Origin: Octopus sinensis
Lineage: Eukaryota
Assembly: GCF_006345805.1 (NCBI RefSeq)
Contig: NC_043018.1
Location: forward strand, 22,630,001 to 22,694,000
Reading direction: 5' to 3'
Length of the DNA: 64,000 nucleotides
The stretch's first letter is position 1. Each line of letters opens with the position of its first letter. The notes beneath the pieces are model-generated. The model saw nothing but the letters and a program-made list of their open reading frames with translations, ran no database searches and was not told the origin of the DNA. The translations under genes and the position numbers were made by a program. Shown one piece after another: positions 1 through 14,321 of the stretch.

Positions 1-1915
1 TCCTAACTACTCCCACATTTTGCGGTGCAGTTTAACCAAAACTGGGTATCTTATAGTCATGATTCATATCGAGCCCTTCTGAGTATTAGCGCGCGTCTAC
101 GATTTAAAAAAAAATTTACCATCATTTTTTTTCCATTTTAATGCATTTTTTCGATATTATATAAGGGAAGTAACTCTCTAAAAATGTCTACGATGAGTCA
201 ACGATTTTAAAAAAAATTTACCATCATTTTTTTTCCATTTTTAATGCATTTTTTGGCTATAACTCTCTAAAAATGCTTATATAGTTATTTCCCTTACAAA
301 CCCAAGCAATGCCGGGCGATACTGCTAGTATAGGATAAAATTTTTTTCAGAAAAAGTTTCACCTAAAGTGGCAGCATATTAAAAGTTTAAAAGTTAAAAT
401 TTAAAATTATAAACAAGGGCAAAAGAAAAATTATTTCTATGCCAATATGCTGATAACATCGTCAATTTCCACATTTCATTATACATCTCTCTCTATATAA
501 ACGGCAGTTTGTCTGTGTGTGTTTCTGTGTGTCTGTTTGGTTGTACCCTCACCCTGACCACGGCTTTCAACCGATTCTGATGAAACTTGACACACACATA
601 GCCCAATGTCATAATTCAAAACTAACGCAGCGAAAATTTTGAAAAGTTCCCCCAGTTCTGAAAAAAATCGATAAATTCGACATGGGGTCGAGAATCAGAA
701 ACACAAACCATAGACTGTCTAGGGGACGCAACTCGACCTTTTTAACTAAAAAAAAAATTTACCATAATTTTTTTTCCATTTTTTGGTTATAACTCTCTAA
801 AAATGCTTTATAGTTATTTCCCTTACAAACCCGAGCAACGCCAGGCGATACTGCTAGTCCACTATAAATACATGTTGTGCTATATCCCCTCTCTCTCTTT
901 CGGAGAGGCACTGAGCACCTACACGGACACACACACGGCAGTAACTTCCGCCTACCGAATTCAATGACAAAGCTTCGGTCGACTCGGGGCTAGAGCGGAA
1001 GACACCTACCCAAAGAGCCATGCAGTGGGACTGAACCCGAAACCATGTAGCTAGGAAGCAAGCTCCCTAACCACACAGCCATGTATATATATGGATAGAG
1101 AGTGGTGTGTGGCTATATTGTAAGAAGCTTGCTTCCCAACTACATGGTTCCAAGTTCAGTCTCACTCTGCAGCACCTTAGGCAAACGTCTTCTACAATAG
1201 CTTCAGGCCTACCAAAGCCTTATAAGGGGATTTGGTAGGTGGAAACTAAAAGAAGCTCATTATATGTGTGTGTGTTCTCTCACATTCATCTTCTATATTG
1301 ACCTCACACTGCTCTCTTTCCAGATGGATGAAGCCATGGATTCAACTCTTCAGCAAGACACTCACTCCTCTCCCTCTGCCATACTTTCCTATTCCTCAAC
1401 TTATACCCTTCTCAGTTGAGGGATCTTGTCTAGTAGGTAATTGGTGACTTTGCCAGTATTGATGCCTCGAAAAAGAAAAAAAAAACACAGCATACAGTGA
1501 AGTGGTTGGCATTATGAAGGGCATCCAGCTGTAGAGGCCAGACAAAACTGACATTGGAGTTCTGTGCAGCCAGTTGGCTCCTCAGTTCATGTCGAACAGT
1601 CCAACCCATGCCAATATGGAAAATATGACATTAAATGGTGATATTATGCATGCTCATATACAGTTAAAGTCAGAGTCTAATAAGAAGTACAAAAAATTTT
1701 TAGGAAATCAACTTTTTATTCAGCAAAAGAGACTGACAGAATAAGTACTAGGCTTACAAAGAATAAATCCTGGGGTCGATTTGCTCAATCGACTAAAGGT
1801 GGTGCTCCAGCATGGCCATAGTCAAATGACTGAGTAAAAGAGGAAGAACACAACACAACACCCAGTCTAGGAATTGAAATCAGGATCTCGCAATCATCAG
1901 TGCAACACCCTAACC

Positions 1916-2114
1916 CAGTGCTATTCAAACTTGTTGCTGGAGTGGAACCCCAAGGAAACATTCCACTGGCTCGAGGAACCCCTGTCCAAAAACTTAATAG
2001 TCATATGCACACATATCTGCACAGGAGTTAAAAATTACTGCCGAATTTAGCAGTTTTGTAACTTCTTGCGGAACCCCTGGACTGAACTGGCGGAACCCTG
2101 GTTGAAAAGCACTG
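1916..2114. mobile_element. hAT-type MITE
   Basis: CAGTGCTATTCAA...TTGAAAAGCACTG TIRs; 8-bp TSD CCCTAACC on both sides. Confidence 0.8.
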
Positions 2115-2179
2115 CCCTAACCACTAGGTGACATAGCCTCACTAAAATGTAAAATAATAATGATGTAATTACAACTAAC

Positions 2180-2359
2180 CTTGGAATCAAGGGTGAATCG
2201 ATGGTACATCCCAGCTGGTAACACTATAAGATCTTTTTTCTCAGAATATATACGGATCCACTTGTCATTTTTGTCCCGTACATCAAAGTAACCAGACCCA
2301 TTCAATATCAAACGAATTTCATCATCAGTGTGAAGGTGTTCTGAGAAGAAGGTCTTCAT
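2180..2359 (-). CDS. ADI1: Acireductone dioxygenase, coding exon 3 ([60 protein letters not shown]); gene continues beyond the left window edge
   Basis: Cupin metal ligands in [10 protein letters not shown] and YHRF; TTTCAG acceptor and GTTAGT donor; 180 nt. No terminal exon (AMRLF..PVW) found in 1-2179. Confidence 0.95.
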
Positions 2360-4029
2360 CTGAAACAAAAAAAGAAGACGGTAAAGAGACAACATCATGT
2401 AATGAGGATATTTTTTCAGATGAGGACAGCTGCATAAAGAAGTATTGATCTCTAATTGTGGAGGGAACCTGAGGAAGAGGTAGACCCAGGACGATGTGGG
2501 ACAAGGTGGTGGAATATAAATCTTCAGATGTAGAGTCACATAGAAGCAATGACATGTGACTAAGACATCTGGTGATCTGCTGTGCTCGAGAAGACCTTTC
2601 AAGCTAAGTGAACATCGTGGCAGACATTATGATCACCATGCAAAGAAATAACAGGTAACCTAAGGCAACTGTTTTTTTATGTTTATTCACCACTAATCTG
2701 CTGCCCTGGATTAATCTGGTACCTTATAAACTGACTTTGAAAGCATGAAAGACAAAAATAACCCTCACCAGGATTCGAACTCAGACTGCAGCAAACCCGG
2801 AAAAGTACCACAAAGCATGCTGTATTCAAATTTCTAATGACTAATTCCACAACTTTTTCCACCTCTGCACTCAATTCACTCACCCACCACTGCAGCAACC
2901 CACCCTGTCCTCCAACACCACTGAGCTGCAAAATCATCAGCACAGAGGGCAAAATGCTCGGCGGCATTTCATCTGTCTTTATGTTCTGAGTTCAAATCTC
3001 GCCAAGGTCAACTTTGCCTTTCAACATCCTAGGGTCAATAAAATAAGTACATCAACTCTAGTGCTCAACTGGTACTTATTTTATCGACTCAGAAACAATA
3101 AAAGGCAAGTCAACCTCAGCAGAATTTGAACTCGGAACAAGCAAACTGACTAAATACCGCTAAGCATTTTGCCCAGCATGCTAACAATTCTGCCAGCTCG
3201 CTGCCCTAATAACAATAATAATAATAATCCATTCTACTAAAGGCTCAAGGTCTGAAATTTTTAAGGAGGGGTCTAGTTAATTAGATCGACCTCAGTGTTT
3301 TATTGGTACTTAATTTATTGCCCTCCCAAAGAATGAAAAGCAAAAGCGAGGTGGTGAAGCACAATCTTCAGATTTTGGGCCTCACAGAGGCAATGACAAG
3401 CGACTGAGACCTTTGGCAATAGGCTGTGCTTGAGAAGACCTGGCAAGCCAAATAAGATCATAGACATGGCCAATGCCAGTGTCACATAACTGGCCCATTC
3501 ATTAGCTGGACAATATGCTGTGCTTGTGAAAACCTATTGAGCCGAGTGAAATCATAATCGTGGCCGATACTAGAACCACCTGCCTGGCACCCAAGCCAGT
3601 GGCACATAAAAAGCACCATTTGAGCATTGGGCCTCATGGAGGCAGTGATGGGCGACCAAGAGCTTTGGCAATATACTGTGCTTGTGTAGACCTGTCAAGC
3701 CAAGTGAGACCATAGTTCTGGCCAATACCAGTGTGAGATCAAAGGCATCTGTGCTGGTGACGTGTAAAAAACACCCACTGCACTCTTGGAGTGGTTGGCA
3801 TCAGGAAGGGCATCCAGCTGTAGAAACCTTACCAAATCAGATCAGAACCTGGTGCAGCTTCCCAGTAACTTAGTGATTCAGCAAAAGAAGCCGATAGAAT
3901 AAAGACTAGGCTTACAAAGAATAAGTCCTGGGGTCAATTTGCTCGAATAAAAGCGGTGCTCCAGCATGGCCAGTCAAATGACTGAAACAAGTAAAAGAGT
4001 AAAGAGTAGGAGTATAAATGCACACTAAC

Positions 4030-4143
4030 CATATTATCGAAATTAGGAAATCTAGAGGGATGGATATCCACTGTATCATCATAGGTGTAACCAAATTCTT
4101 TCTTTAAAGGTTCAAATTCACCATTGTAGGAATCGACATCAAT
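4030..4143 (-). CDS. ADI1: Acireductone dioxygenase, coding exon 2 (IDVDSYNGEFEPLKKEFGYTYDDTVDIHPSRFPNFDNM)
   Basis: Not in the ORF track; translated by hand. TTTTCAG acceptor and GTTAGT donor; 114 nt, phase 0/0; matches the ARD segment (xGYxYxD.I.I.....PNY..K) between exons 1 and 3. Confidence 0.88.
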
Positions 4144-4362
4144 CTGAAAAGAGAAAAATAAATGTTCTTAATAGATCTTTAGAAACACGGAAATGGATTT
4201 GTGGTTAAGAGTTTCACTTCACTTCTCAAACACATGGTTCCAGGTACAGTTCCAGTGCATGGCGCCTTGGACAAGTGTCTTCTGCCATAGCCCCAGGCTA
4301 ACCAAAGCCTTACAAGTGGATTTGGAATAAGGAACTAAAACTAAAGTTCATCACACATACAC

Positions 4363-4423
<61 letters not shown>

Positions 4424-4901
4424 ATAGGAAAGAATGGAGCTGAACGAAGATTTAACAAAATTCCTTTATTTTATTTTCGTTGTGAGTTTGCTACCAAGGT
4501 ATCAGTTATCTTTCGAATTATCCGTAATAAGATAATTCATTTGTCTACTTAAATAAATATATATATATATATATTTGGTAAAATAGAAAGATGAATAATC
4601 TTGTTGCAGATTAATCAAAAGTTTAACCGATACCTTGGTAGCAAAAATCACAGCAGAAGAAAGCACGGTTGGAGATAGAACCATTGGTGTTGCAACCATG
4701 CGTTGGTGCAGATAATTGAATTTTAATATTATTAGTGAATTGAAGAAATGGAGTTGAACGAAGATTGAACAGAATTCCTTTTATTGCATTCTACACATGT
4801 TTCAAAAGCCACAATTTTCCAAATTCTGATTGAAACATGTGTAGAATGCAATAAAAGGAATTCTGTTCAATCTTCGTTCAACTCCATTTCTTCAATTCAC
4901 T

Positions 4902-4937
<36 letters not shown>

Positions 4938-5912
4938 TACTAGACCAAATTTCTGGCAAACTTGGATCTGGAAGTGGCCTGGATTTCTGGATTTTGGGGG
5001 GTTTCCAGAGACAGCCTAAATATATATCTCAAATATAACAAAAAACTATATTGTGTTTTGTAGATTATGTTGATATTTTGAAAATACCTCACAGAGTGAT
5101 GATCATACCTAGGGTAGTTTGGGTTGCCCTTTTTTTGTTTGTTTAGCCACCCTGCCAAGGATAAGGCAAAGTCATGGTGATAGCTCCTACATAACGAGTA
5201 TGTGTTCTGCAGTGTCTAGCATGTTGTCTGCTATCTTGCTCCAGGTTGGGCTGGTGGCTTACTTGATACCCAAATGTTGCCTGTGTCAAACATCATCATC
5301 ATCATCATCGTTTAACGTCCGCTTTCCATGCTAGCATGGGTTGGACGATTTGACTGAGGACTGGCGAACCAGATGGCTGCACCAGGCTCCAATCTTGATC
5401 TGGCAGAGTTTCTACAGCTGGATGCCCTTCCTAATGCCAACCACTCCGAGAGTGTAGTGGGTGCTTTTACGCGCCACCAGCACGAGGGCCAGTCAGGCGG
5501 TACTGGCAACGGCCATGAAAATATTATTTTTTACGTGTCACCTGCACAAGTGCCAGTAAGGCAACGCTGGTAACGATCATGCTCAAATGGTGCTTTTTAC
5601 GTGCCACCAGCACGAATGTCAGGTAGCCGCTCTGGAAATGATCATGCTCAGATGGTGTTCTTAGTGCTCCACTAGCACGGATACCAGTCATCGAATTTAA
5701 TAACAGATATCTACACATAGTTACTCTTTTACTTGTTTCAGTCATTTGACTGCGGCCATGCTAGAGCACCGCCTTTAGTTGAGCAAGTCGACCCCCAGGA
5801 CTTATTCTTTGTAAGCCTAGTACTTATTCTATCGGTCTCTTTTGCCGAACTGCTAAGTTATAGGGATGTAAACACACCAGCACCGGTTGTCAAGCGATGT
5901 TGGGGGGGACAA

Positions 5913-5951
<39 letters not shown>

Positions 5952-6275
5952 CGACAGGCTTCTTTCAGTTTCCGTCTACCAAATCCACTCACAAGGCATT
6001 GGTCGGCCCGGGGCTATAGCAGAAGACACTTACCCAAGGTGCCATGCAGTGGGACTGAACTCCGAACCATGTAGTTGGTTAGCAAGCTACTTACCACACA
6101 GCCACTCCTGCGCCTGTTTTTTTGTTTGTTTTTTGTTTTTTTTCGTGACCGAAGCATAAACTGTATATTGACCCAAATTTCTACCAGATCGTTTATGTTA
6201 GAATTTAAAAAAAAAAAACCATTTACATTCCCAATGTATTTACGTTTTTGTAAATTCGTAATTACAAAAGAAAGA

Positions 6276-6547
6276 GGCAATCTTTCGTCTCTAGTAGACC
6301 TTTCCGTCGATTTCCGTAAAAAACTTCTTTTTTTTTTACATGTGGGCTTGTGGGAACTTTTGAAGTAATGAGAGCGAAAGACACTAAGAGAAAGCGATTG
6401 TATGACGAGGGAAGTTCTTTTGAAGTTACCGTGCATGGGAAGCATTGATGTACATGTGTGTGTGTAAGTTCCCGCAAGCCCATATGTAAAAAAAAAAAAA
6501 ATTTTACGGAAATCGACGGAAAGGTCTACTAGAGACGAAAGATCACC
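6276..6547. mobile_element. Same MITE family, shorter copy
   Basis: Same TIRs; TSD AAGAAAGA at 6268-6275 and 6548-6555. Truncated copies at 8143-8480 and 52335-52697. Confidence 0.8.
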
Positions 6548-6840
6548 AAGAAAGAAAAAAAATCACGAGTTTTAGCAATCACTGAATAGCGGGATTCTGG
6601 TTTAAGCCCTCCACCCCCACATTACCCCTCTTTTACATGTTTCAGTCATTTGACTGCGGCCATGCTGGAGCACCGCCTTTAATCGAGCAACTCGACCCCA
6701 GGACTTATTCTTTTGTAAGCCCAGTACTTATTCTATCGGTCTCTTTTGCTGAACCGCTAAGTAACGGGGACATAAACACACCAGCATCGGTTGTCAAGCA
6801 ATGCTAGGGGGACAAACACAGACACACAAACACACACACG

Positions 6841-6874
<34 letters not shown>

Positions 6875-7121
6875 TACGACGGGCTTCTTTCAGTTACCGT
6901 CTACCAAATCCACTCACAAGGCTTTGGTCGGCCCGAGGCTATAGTAGAAGACACTTGCCCAAGGTGCTACGCAGTGGGACTGAACCCGGAACCATGTGGT
7001 TGGTAAACAAGCTACTTACCACACAGCCACTCCTGTGCCCTCGTAACTTTTTTACTTTTTGAAATTTTCAGAAAAATTTTACGAATTTCTGTTCTTCCCA
7101 CGAGAATTCATTCGATTAAAC

Positions 7122-7154
<33 letters not shown>

Positions 7155-8826
7155 TCTTAAAAGCTCTCTTTCGAATTGTTTTACGATCAGAGTTTAAAAT
7201 ATGGGCAGTCCGAATTTTTTACTTATGTGTGTGTGTGTCTGTATTTGTCCCCTTAGCATTGCTTGACAACCGATACTGGTGTGTTTATGTCCCCGTCACC
7301 GAGCGGTTCGGCAAAAAGAGACCGATAGAATAAGTACTGGGCTTACAAAGAATAAGTCCCGGGGTCGATTTGCTCGACTAAAGGCGGTGCTCCAGCATGG
7401 CCGCAGTCAAATGACTGAAACATGTAAAAAGAGTAGTAAAAGAGGACCTTTTTTTGCCTAACCGTATAAATTTCTTTTGTAAGCTCAGTACTTATTCTAT
7501 CGGTCTCTTTTTGCCGAACCGCTAAGTAACGGGGACATAAACACACCAGCATCGGTTGTCAAGCAATGCTAGGGGACAAACACAGACACACAAGCACACG
7601 CATACATATATATATACATATATACGACGGGCTTCTTTCAGTTTCCATCCACACAAATTCGCAAAAAAAAAATTTGGCTGTTGTTTCTAGTATGTGGAGA
7701 GACCACTTCCGGGCTTTACGTGTCGGTTGACAAGCACCGACGCATTTGAGCGAATGCAATTATAAACAATGGAAATAGTTGTGTAGAAGTTCACGGGATA
7801 TAACGAAGGTGGGGCAAGAGGGTACAAAATTTAAATTTTGAAATGCTAATTTTTTTGGCCAAGATTAGAATCCCCGTTGACGTCTCCACCAAGTGCGCCC
7901 CGCGTGGAGGGTGTACTTGTAAAAAATTACCAAAACTTTGATGCAAGGTTTAAATTTTAGACAACTTCGAAACAGCAATGTGTATCGAATACTTAGGTAT
8001 TGTCTCGCAGAGGTTCGTATCAAAACAGCATTCGGCGAAGTTTCTATGCCGCCATGGCGAAGTTTCGCATGTCGTAGCACAGATTGCCATATCGACGGAA
8101 ATCTGTGCTACTACAACCGAAACTATGCCGCCATGCCGCCTTGGCGATCTTTCGTCTCTAGTAGACCTTTCCGTCGATTTCCGTAAAAAAATTTTTTTTT
8201 TTTTACTTATGGGCTTGCGGGAACTTTTGAAGTAATATACATACATATACACATACACCGAGTAAAAAAATTTCAGTTATCTCTTTCTTTCACACATTAC
8301 TCTGTCTCTTCACACACACTAACAGAAGCACTTCACTTACACAACATACTGTCTGTCTCCCACACCCCATCAAACACACACACACATGTACATCAATGCT
8401 TCCTCTGGACGGTAACTTCAAAAGAACTTCCCTCGTCATACAATCGCCTTGCATATTTGTTCTTACCTATTTCACGTGTGTATGTAAAATCCGCAAATTT
8501 CCAAGCAGAAAACCGAATCGAATTAAGCATTTGCTTCCACGGAAATACCCGAAGTGAGATATTTTGATTTTGTCGAGTTACATCGAAGGAATGAACCAAA
8601 ACTATTTTTCTGTAGACACAGCCACACTATGTATAAGGGTGACAGAATATTTAGCGGAGACAGCAGAAATTTAGAAAAAAAAAATTTGGTGACAAAATAA
8701 ATCCAATTTCAAACTATATTTGGTTTAAAAAGCTTTACTTCACACAGTTAATAGAGGTACTAGCTAACGAGAAAACCAGGTCAAGATGAATGCATTTAAC
8801 ATATTAATAACTAAAAGAAAACTTAC

Positions 8827-8952
8827 TTCGTAATATTTAACGCCTAGCTCGTCTAGCTGGGCTAGGCTAACATCTTGGTTGGGCTCTAGTTTTTGAGGGA
8901 GATACTGTTCTTCCCCACCACTGACATCTTCCATGTACCAAGCTTGCACCAT
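8827..8952 (-). CDS. ADI1: Acireductone dioxygenase, coding exon 1 (MVQAWYMEDVSGGEEQYLPQKLEPNQDVSLAQLDELGVKYYE)
   Basis: ATG at 8952; the MVQAWYM start is typical of eukaryotic ARD; 126 nt, phase 0, followed by a GTAAGT donor. Confidence 0.93.
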
Positions 8953-9016
8953 TATGGTTAATTGTGGAGTAAAACACCCGCTACGAGCTTAATTCACTCT
9001 CTGCCTACCGCGCGCG

Positions 9017-9026
9017 CTTTATATAG
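9017..9026 (-). promoter_or_regulatory. Putative TATA box of ADI1
   Basis: CTATATAAAG on the minus strand, followed by a GC-rich GCGCGCGG run, about 65 nt upstream of the ATG. Confidence 0.5.
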
Positions 9027-11103
9027 TGGAGATGTGCTGTGGTGAGAGGTCGGTCGATTGAGGCTGTTCATCAGGTGGGGATGGTACAATTTGTGTGTGA
9101 CTGGTTGATCGCATATAATTGTTGACTACACTGTAACATGCATTGTTCATATAGGGCAATGTCCTAATTATCCGTCTGGGTGAAAATTACTCGGGTTTGG
9201 GACTAAAACTATTTTTAAATCTTTTATCTTCAACTTGTTTCAGTTGTTAGACTGCAGTACATGCTGGGGCATCTTCTTCATGGGTGTTTTGAGTCGAACA
9301 AATCGTCATCCCACAACTTATTTTTAAGTTTAGTACACATTTTATTCGTGTCTTCTCCCGAACAGCTGGGCATGCTCTTTTACTCTTTTACTTGTTTCAG
9401 TCATTCGACTGCGGCCATGCTGGAGCACCGCCTTTAGTCGAGCAAATCGACCCCCGGGACTTATTCTTTGTAAGCCCAGTACTTATTCTATCGGTCTCTA
9501 TAGCCGAACCGCTAAGTGACGGGGACGTAAACACACCAGCATCGGTTGTCAAGCAATGCTAGGGGGACAAACACAGACACACAAATAGACACACACATAC
9601 ATATGTATATACATATATACGACAGGCTTCTTTCAGTTTCCGTCTACCAAATCCACTCACAAGGCATTGGTCGGCCCGGGGCTATAGCAGAAGACACTTG
9701 CCCAAGATGCCACGCAGTGGGACTGAACCCGGAACCATGTGGTTGGTTAGCAAGCTACTTACCACACAGCCATGCCCGCGCCTATTTTTCTAGCATGCTT
9801 CAATTTTTCTAAAATTAAATAAAATAATGATGAATACACTAGATGAACAAAATGAATAGTAATCTTTCCTACTTTAGGCATACGGCCCGTAATTTTGGGG
9901 TCGGAGGCCCAAGGGTCAGCGAACTAGGGTTATTACAAGTGGGGTAAATATAGAATTCTTGGGAGTAATGAGAACTCATTAGACTTACTCTTTTTTACTC
10001 TTTTTACTCTATTTACTTGTTTCAGTCATTTTGACTGCGGCCATGCTGGAGCACCGCCTTTAGTCGAGCAAATCGACCCTGGGACTTATTCTTTGTAAGC
10101 CCAGTACTTATTCTATCGGTCTCTTTTGCCGAACCCCTAAGTGACGGGGACATAACCACACCAGCATCGGTTGTCAAGCAATGCTAGGGGGACAAACACT
10201 CACACACACTTATATATATATACATATATACGACAGGCTCCTTTCAGTTTCCGTCTACCAAATCCACTCACAAGGCATTGGTCGGCCCGGGGCTATAGCA
10301 GAAGACACTTGCCCAAGATGCCACGTAGAATTATATAAAAAGAAAAGTGTTTATTGTTACGACAGATTTTTTCGATAAATTTTTATATTAACACCCGCAC
10401 GATTTTCACTAAGAAAAAAGAAAAGGGCGATCTTTCGTTACAAGAACACTACAAAGCACGTGTGTTTATTTACATTTGTGGCCAAAGAAAAGAAACTTGG
10501 ATTTTTTGCGTAGCATGACCTAATATTTTTCAAGGACCATGACCTCCTAATATGCTGCAAATCCCTTATTTTCGTTCGGAAGAAAGGGGTGGGGCAAGGG
10601 GGAATTATATTTAATTACGAACCGTGTAATTTACACTTTGGAAAATTTATTTCTGTAAAATGTTTTTTTTTCTTAAACACACAAGATATAGTCTATAAAT
10701 TTAGGATGTTTTTGAAAGATACTATATTTTATCATAATATATATATACTTTCTCACAACAATTAAGATATTTCTTTTAAATCGTTCATCCCCCCTTCCTG
10801 CCCACACACACAAAAATTAGTTTGGGCGCGATTTTTTTATATTCTTCTTCCTTAGATCAATGGGGTTGGGGGTGAAAATTCCGAGGTTTCTACCTCACCC
10901 CACCCCGTTTTTAGAACCCCAAGACGGGTTTTGTAACAGGAATTCATTCAACGTAAAAAAAAAATTTTCCTATGATTCCGGGATGGTGGGGTACCTCCCT
11001 CCCACACACACACTAGGATTCCACGCAAAAAATCCGAGGGTTTTTTTTTTTCCCTTAGTAAAAACCTTGCAGGTTTAATATAAAAATTTAGCTATTTTTC
11101 TTC

Positions 11104-11255
11104 TGGCATGAAGAGGCAGTCAAAAAGTTGCTGCTTTTTGCAACAACCTACCTTTGCAAACAAGGATTTTCCACTCTAAATGAACATAAAAACCAAGCAG
11201 AGTAATCGATTGGACCCCGAAGGCTGTATCCAAATTGCTCTGGCGTCAAAATCCT
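11104..11255 (+). mobile_element. hAT (Buster/ZBED-like) transposase dimerisation-domain remnant
   Basis: AVKKLLLFATTYLCKQGFSTL, frameshift, then KTKQSNRLDPE..I.IAL. Confidence 0.65.
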
Positions 11256-12759
11256 TCTGTTGCATATCATTTGTTTTATATGTATAATGGTATTCTCCAT
11301 ATAAATAGATTCAATAAAGCTTTTGAATTCAAAGAATCTGATTTCCTTCCTTTCAAATCAAGGCGGGTAACATCGGTGTAAATAAATATATTTTGTGCTA
11401 ACTGGTTAAAAAAACAAATTCCCTGATACCTGGTCCTAACACCTGTTGCCAAGCGGTGACAGTAGGGACACACACAAAAACACAGGAGCATATAAAGGTA
11501 CCTGAAGCCCAGTTACAACTACAGCCGGCTATTACCAGTAAAGGTTTTAGTTGCCAACTTTGTACAAGACATTGTAGATCTTTAGCTGGGCTAAAAAGTC
11601 ACATTCGATCACAGCACCAGTAACAGTTAAGCTTCGTGCAATGGCCATACTCGATAACGAGGGGGCAGTCATAATATATATATATAAAACTGTAGTTGTG
11701 TGAGTGTCTGTCCCCTTCGATTTAGATTCCTAACTACTCCCACATTTTGCGGTGCAGTTTAACCAAATTCGGGTATCTTATAGTCGTGATTCATATCGAG
11801 CCCGTCTAAGTATTAGCGCGCGTCTACGATGAGTCTACGATTTTTAAAATAATTTAACATCATTTTTTATTCCATTTTAATGCATAATTTTTCGTGTGTC
11901 GATGGCGGCGGAGTTGGCGTCCATGGTCACACCTGCACCTGTTTGGTTCTCCCCCTTCTTCCCTCCATCGTGAAGCTGTGGGGAAGGGAGTGTAAGGAAA
12001 TCAACGTCGTAAAGCGTTGTCAAGGAGATCAGCGTTCTTTTAGAACAACGACTTCATGGCTTGAAGACACCAAAACAGAAATGGCTAAGAAAGCCCGAAT
12101 TGGCATCTATAAGGGAAGTAACTCTCTAAAAATGCTTATATAGTTATTTCCCTTACAAATCCGAGCAACGCCGGGCGATACTGCTAGTATATATATATAG
12201 ATAGATAGATAGATTGTGGTTAAAAATTTCACAATGTCATGCTTTGGGGTTCAGTCCCATTTCGTGAAACCTTGAACATGTGCCTTCTACTATAGCCCTG
12301 GGCATGCTTCAATTTTCTTTTAATTAAATAAAATAATGATGAATACACTAGATGAACAAAATGAATAGTAATCTTTCCTACTTTAGGCACACGGCCCGTA
12401 ATTTTGGGGGCGGAGGCCAGTTGATTAGATCGATCTCCAGTATGCAACTGGTACTTACTTTAATCGACCCTGAAAGGATGAAAGGCAAAGTCGACCTCGG
12501 CGGAATTTGAACTCACAACGTAAAAACAGACGAAAAATCGCTAAGCATTTCGCCTGGCGTGCTAACGTTTCTGCCAGCTCGCCACCTTTCAAAATGAATA
12601 ATAATAATAAGATGAAGAGACTCTCCCGTCGAAGACGACGTATGAGAGTTCAGCTTTTGCCGAACGATCTGCACAAATGAGTTGTTTATAGTGATGCATT
12701 ACCTCGCTCGCTCCATCAGATCGACGTAGCCTGAACAGGTGCACGGTATACACCACGTG

Positions 12760-14321
12760 AAGGCGGTGATCTGGCAGAATCGTTAGCATGCCGGGCGAAA
12801 TGCTTAGCGGTATTTCGTCTGCGTCTACCGTTACGTGCTGAGTTCAAATTCCGCCGAGGTCGACTTTGCCTTTCATCCTTTCGGGGTCGATAAATTAAGT
12901 ACCAGTTGCGCACTGGGGTCGATGTAATCGACTTAATACCTTTGTCTGTCTTGTTTGTCCCCTCTGTGTTTAGCCCCTTGTGGGTAATAAAGAAATAGGT
13001 ATTTCGTCTGCGTCTGCCGTTACGTGCTGAGTTCAAATTCCGCCGAGGTCGACTTTGCCTTTCATCCTTCGGGGTCGATAAATAAGTACCAGTTGCGCAC
13101 TGGGGTCGATGATGTAATCGACTTAATACCTTTGTCTGTCCTTGTTTGTCCCCTCTGTGTTTAGCCCCTTGTGGGTAATAAAGAAATAGGTATTTCGTCT
13201 GCGTCTGCCGTTACGTGCTGAGTTCAAATTCCGCCGAGGTCGACTTTGCCTTTCATCCTTTCGGGGTCGATAAATTAAGTACCAGTTGCGCACTGGGGTC
13301 GATGTAATCGACTTAATACCTATGTCTGTCCTTGTTTGTCCCCTCTATGTTTAGCCCCTTGTGGGTAATAAAGAAATAGGTATTTCGTCTGCGTCTGCCG
13401 TTACGTGCTGAGTTCAAATTCCGCCGAGGTCGACTTTGCCTTTCATCCTTTCGGGGTCGATAAATTAAGTACCAGTTGCGCACTGGGGTCGATGTAATCG
13501 ACTTAATACCTTTGTCTGTCCTTGTTTGTCCCCTCTGTGTTTAGCCCCTTGTGGGTAATAAAGAAATAGGTAATTATGTCTGCCGTTACGTGCTGAGTTC
13601 AAATTCCGCCGAGGTCGACTTTGCCTTTCATCCTTTCGGGGTCGATAAATTAAGTACCAGTTGCGCACTGGGGTCGATATAATCGACTTAATACCTTTGT
13701 CTGTCCTTGTTTGTCCCCTCTGTGTTTAGTCCCTTGTGGGTAATAAAGAAATAGGTATTTCGTCTGCGTCTGCCGTTACGTGCTGAGTTCAAATTCCGCC
13801 GAGGTCGACTTTGCCTTTCATCCTTTCGGGGTCGATAAATTAAGTACCAGTTGCGCACTGGGGTCGATATAATCGACTTAATACCTTTGTCTGTCCTTGT
13901 TTGTCCCCTCTATGTTTAGCCCCTTGTGGGTAATAAAGAAATAGGTATTTCGTCTGCGTCTGCCGTTACGTGCTGAGTTCAAATCCGCCGAGGTCGACTT
14001 TGCCTTTCATCCTTTCGGGGTCGATAAATTAAGTACCAGTTGCGCACTGGGGTCGATGTAATCGACTTAATACCTATGTCTGTCCTTGTTTGTCCCCTCT
14101 ATGTTTAGCCCCTTGTGGGTAATAAAGAAATAGGTATTTCGTCTGCGTCTGCCGTTACGTGCTGAGTTCAAATTCCGCCGAGGTCGACTTTGCCTTTCAT
14201 CCTTTCGGGGTCGATAATTAAGTACCAGTTGCGCACTGGGGTCGATATAATCGACTTAATACCTTTGTCTGTCCTTGTTTGTCTCCTCTATGTTTAGCCC
14301 CTTGTGGGTAATAAAGAAATA
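12760..14321 (+). repeat. tRNA-derived SINE head followed by 8 tandem 185-191-bp SINE body units
   Basis: Units start at 12809, 12998, 13189, 13379, 13569, 13754, 13944 and 14133; flanked by the direct repeat GGTATACACCACGTG. Confidence 0.9.

Noticed and set aside
2360-2602. N-terminal extension of the 161-aa ORF upstream of ADI1 exon 3
   Set aside because: This is intron read-through; a canonical acceptor precedes 2359.
9546-9812. Recurrent ORF family MSSNARGTNT.../MLGGQTQT... suggesting a multigene family
   Set aside because: All copies are the antisense frame of the abundant tRNA-derived SINE.
11880-12143. Repeated ORF MHNFSCVDGGG... (also 14766, 29653 and 39461)
   Set aside because: It is the internal filler of the mini-Helitron, has no recognisable domain, and has indels between copies.
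12809-14321. CRISPR-like appearance of the tandem arrays (also 37016-37640 and 43147-43825)
   Set aside because: The units are contiguous with no unique spacers, there are no cas genes, and the context is eukaryotic.
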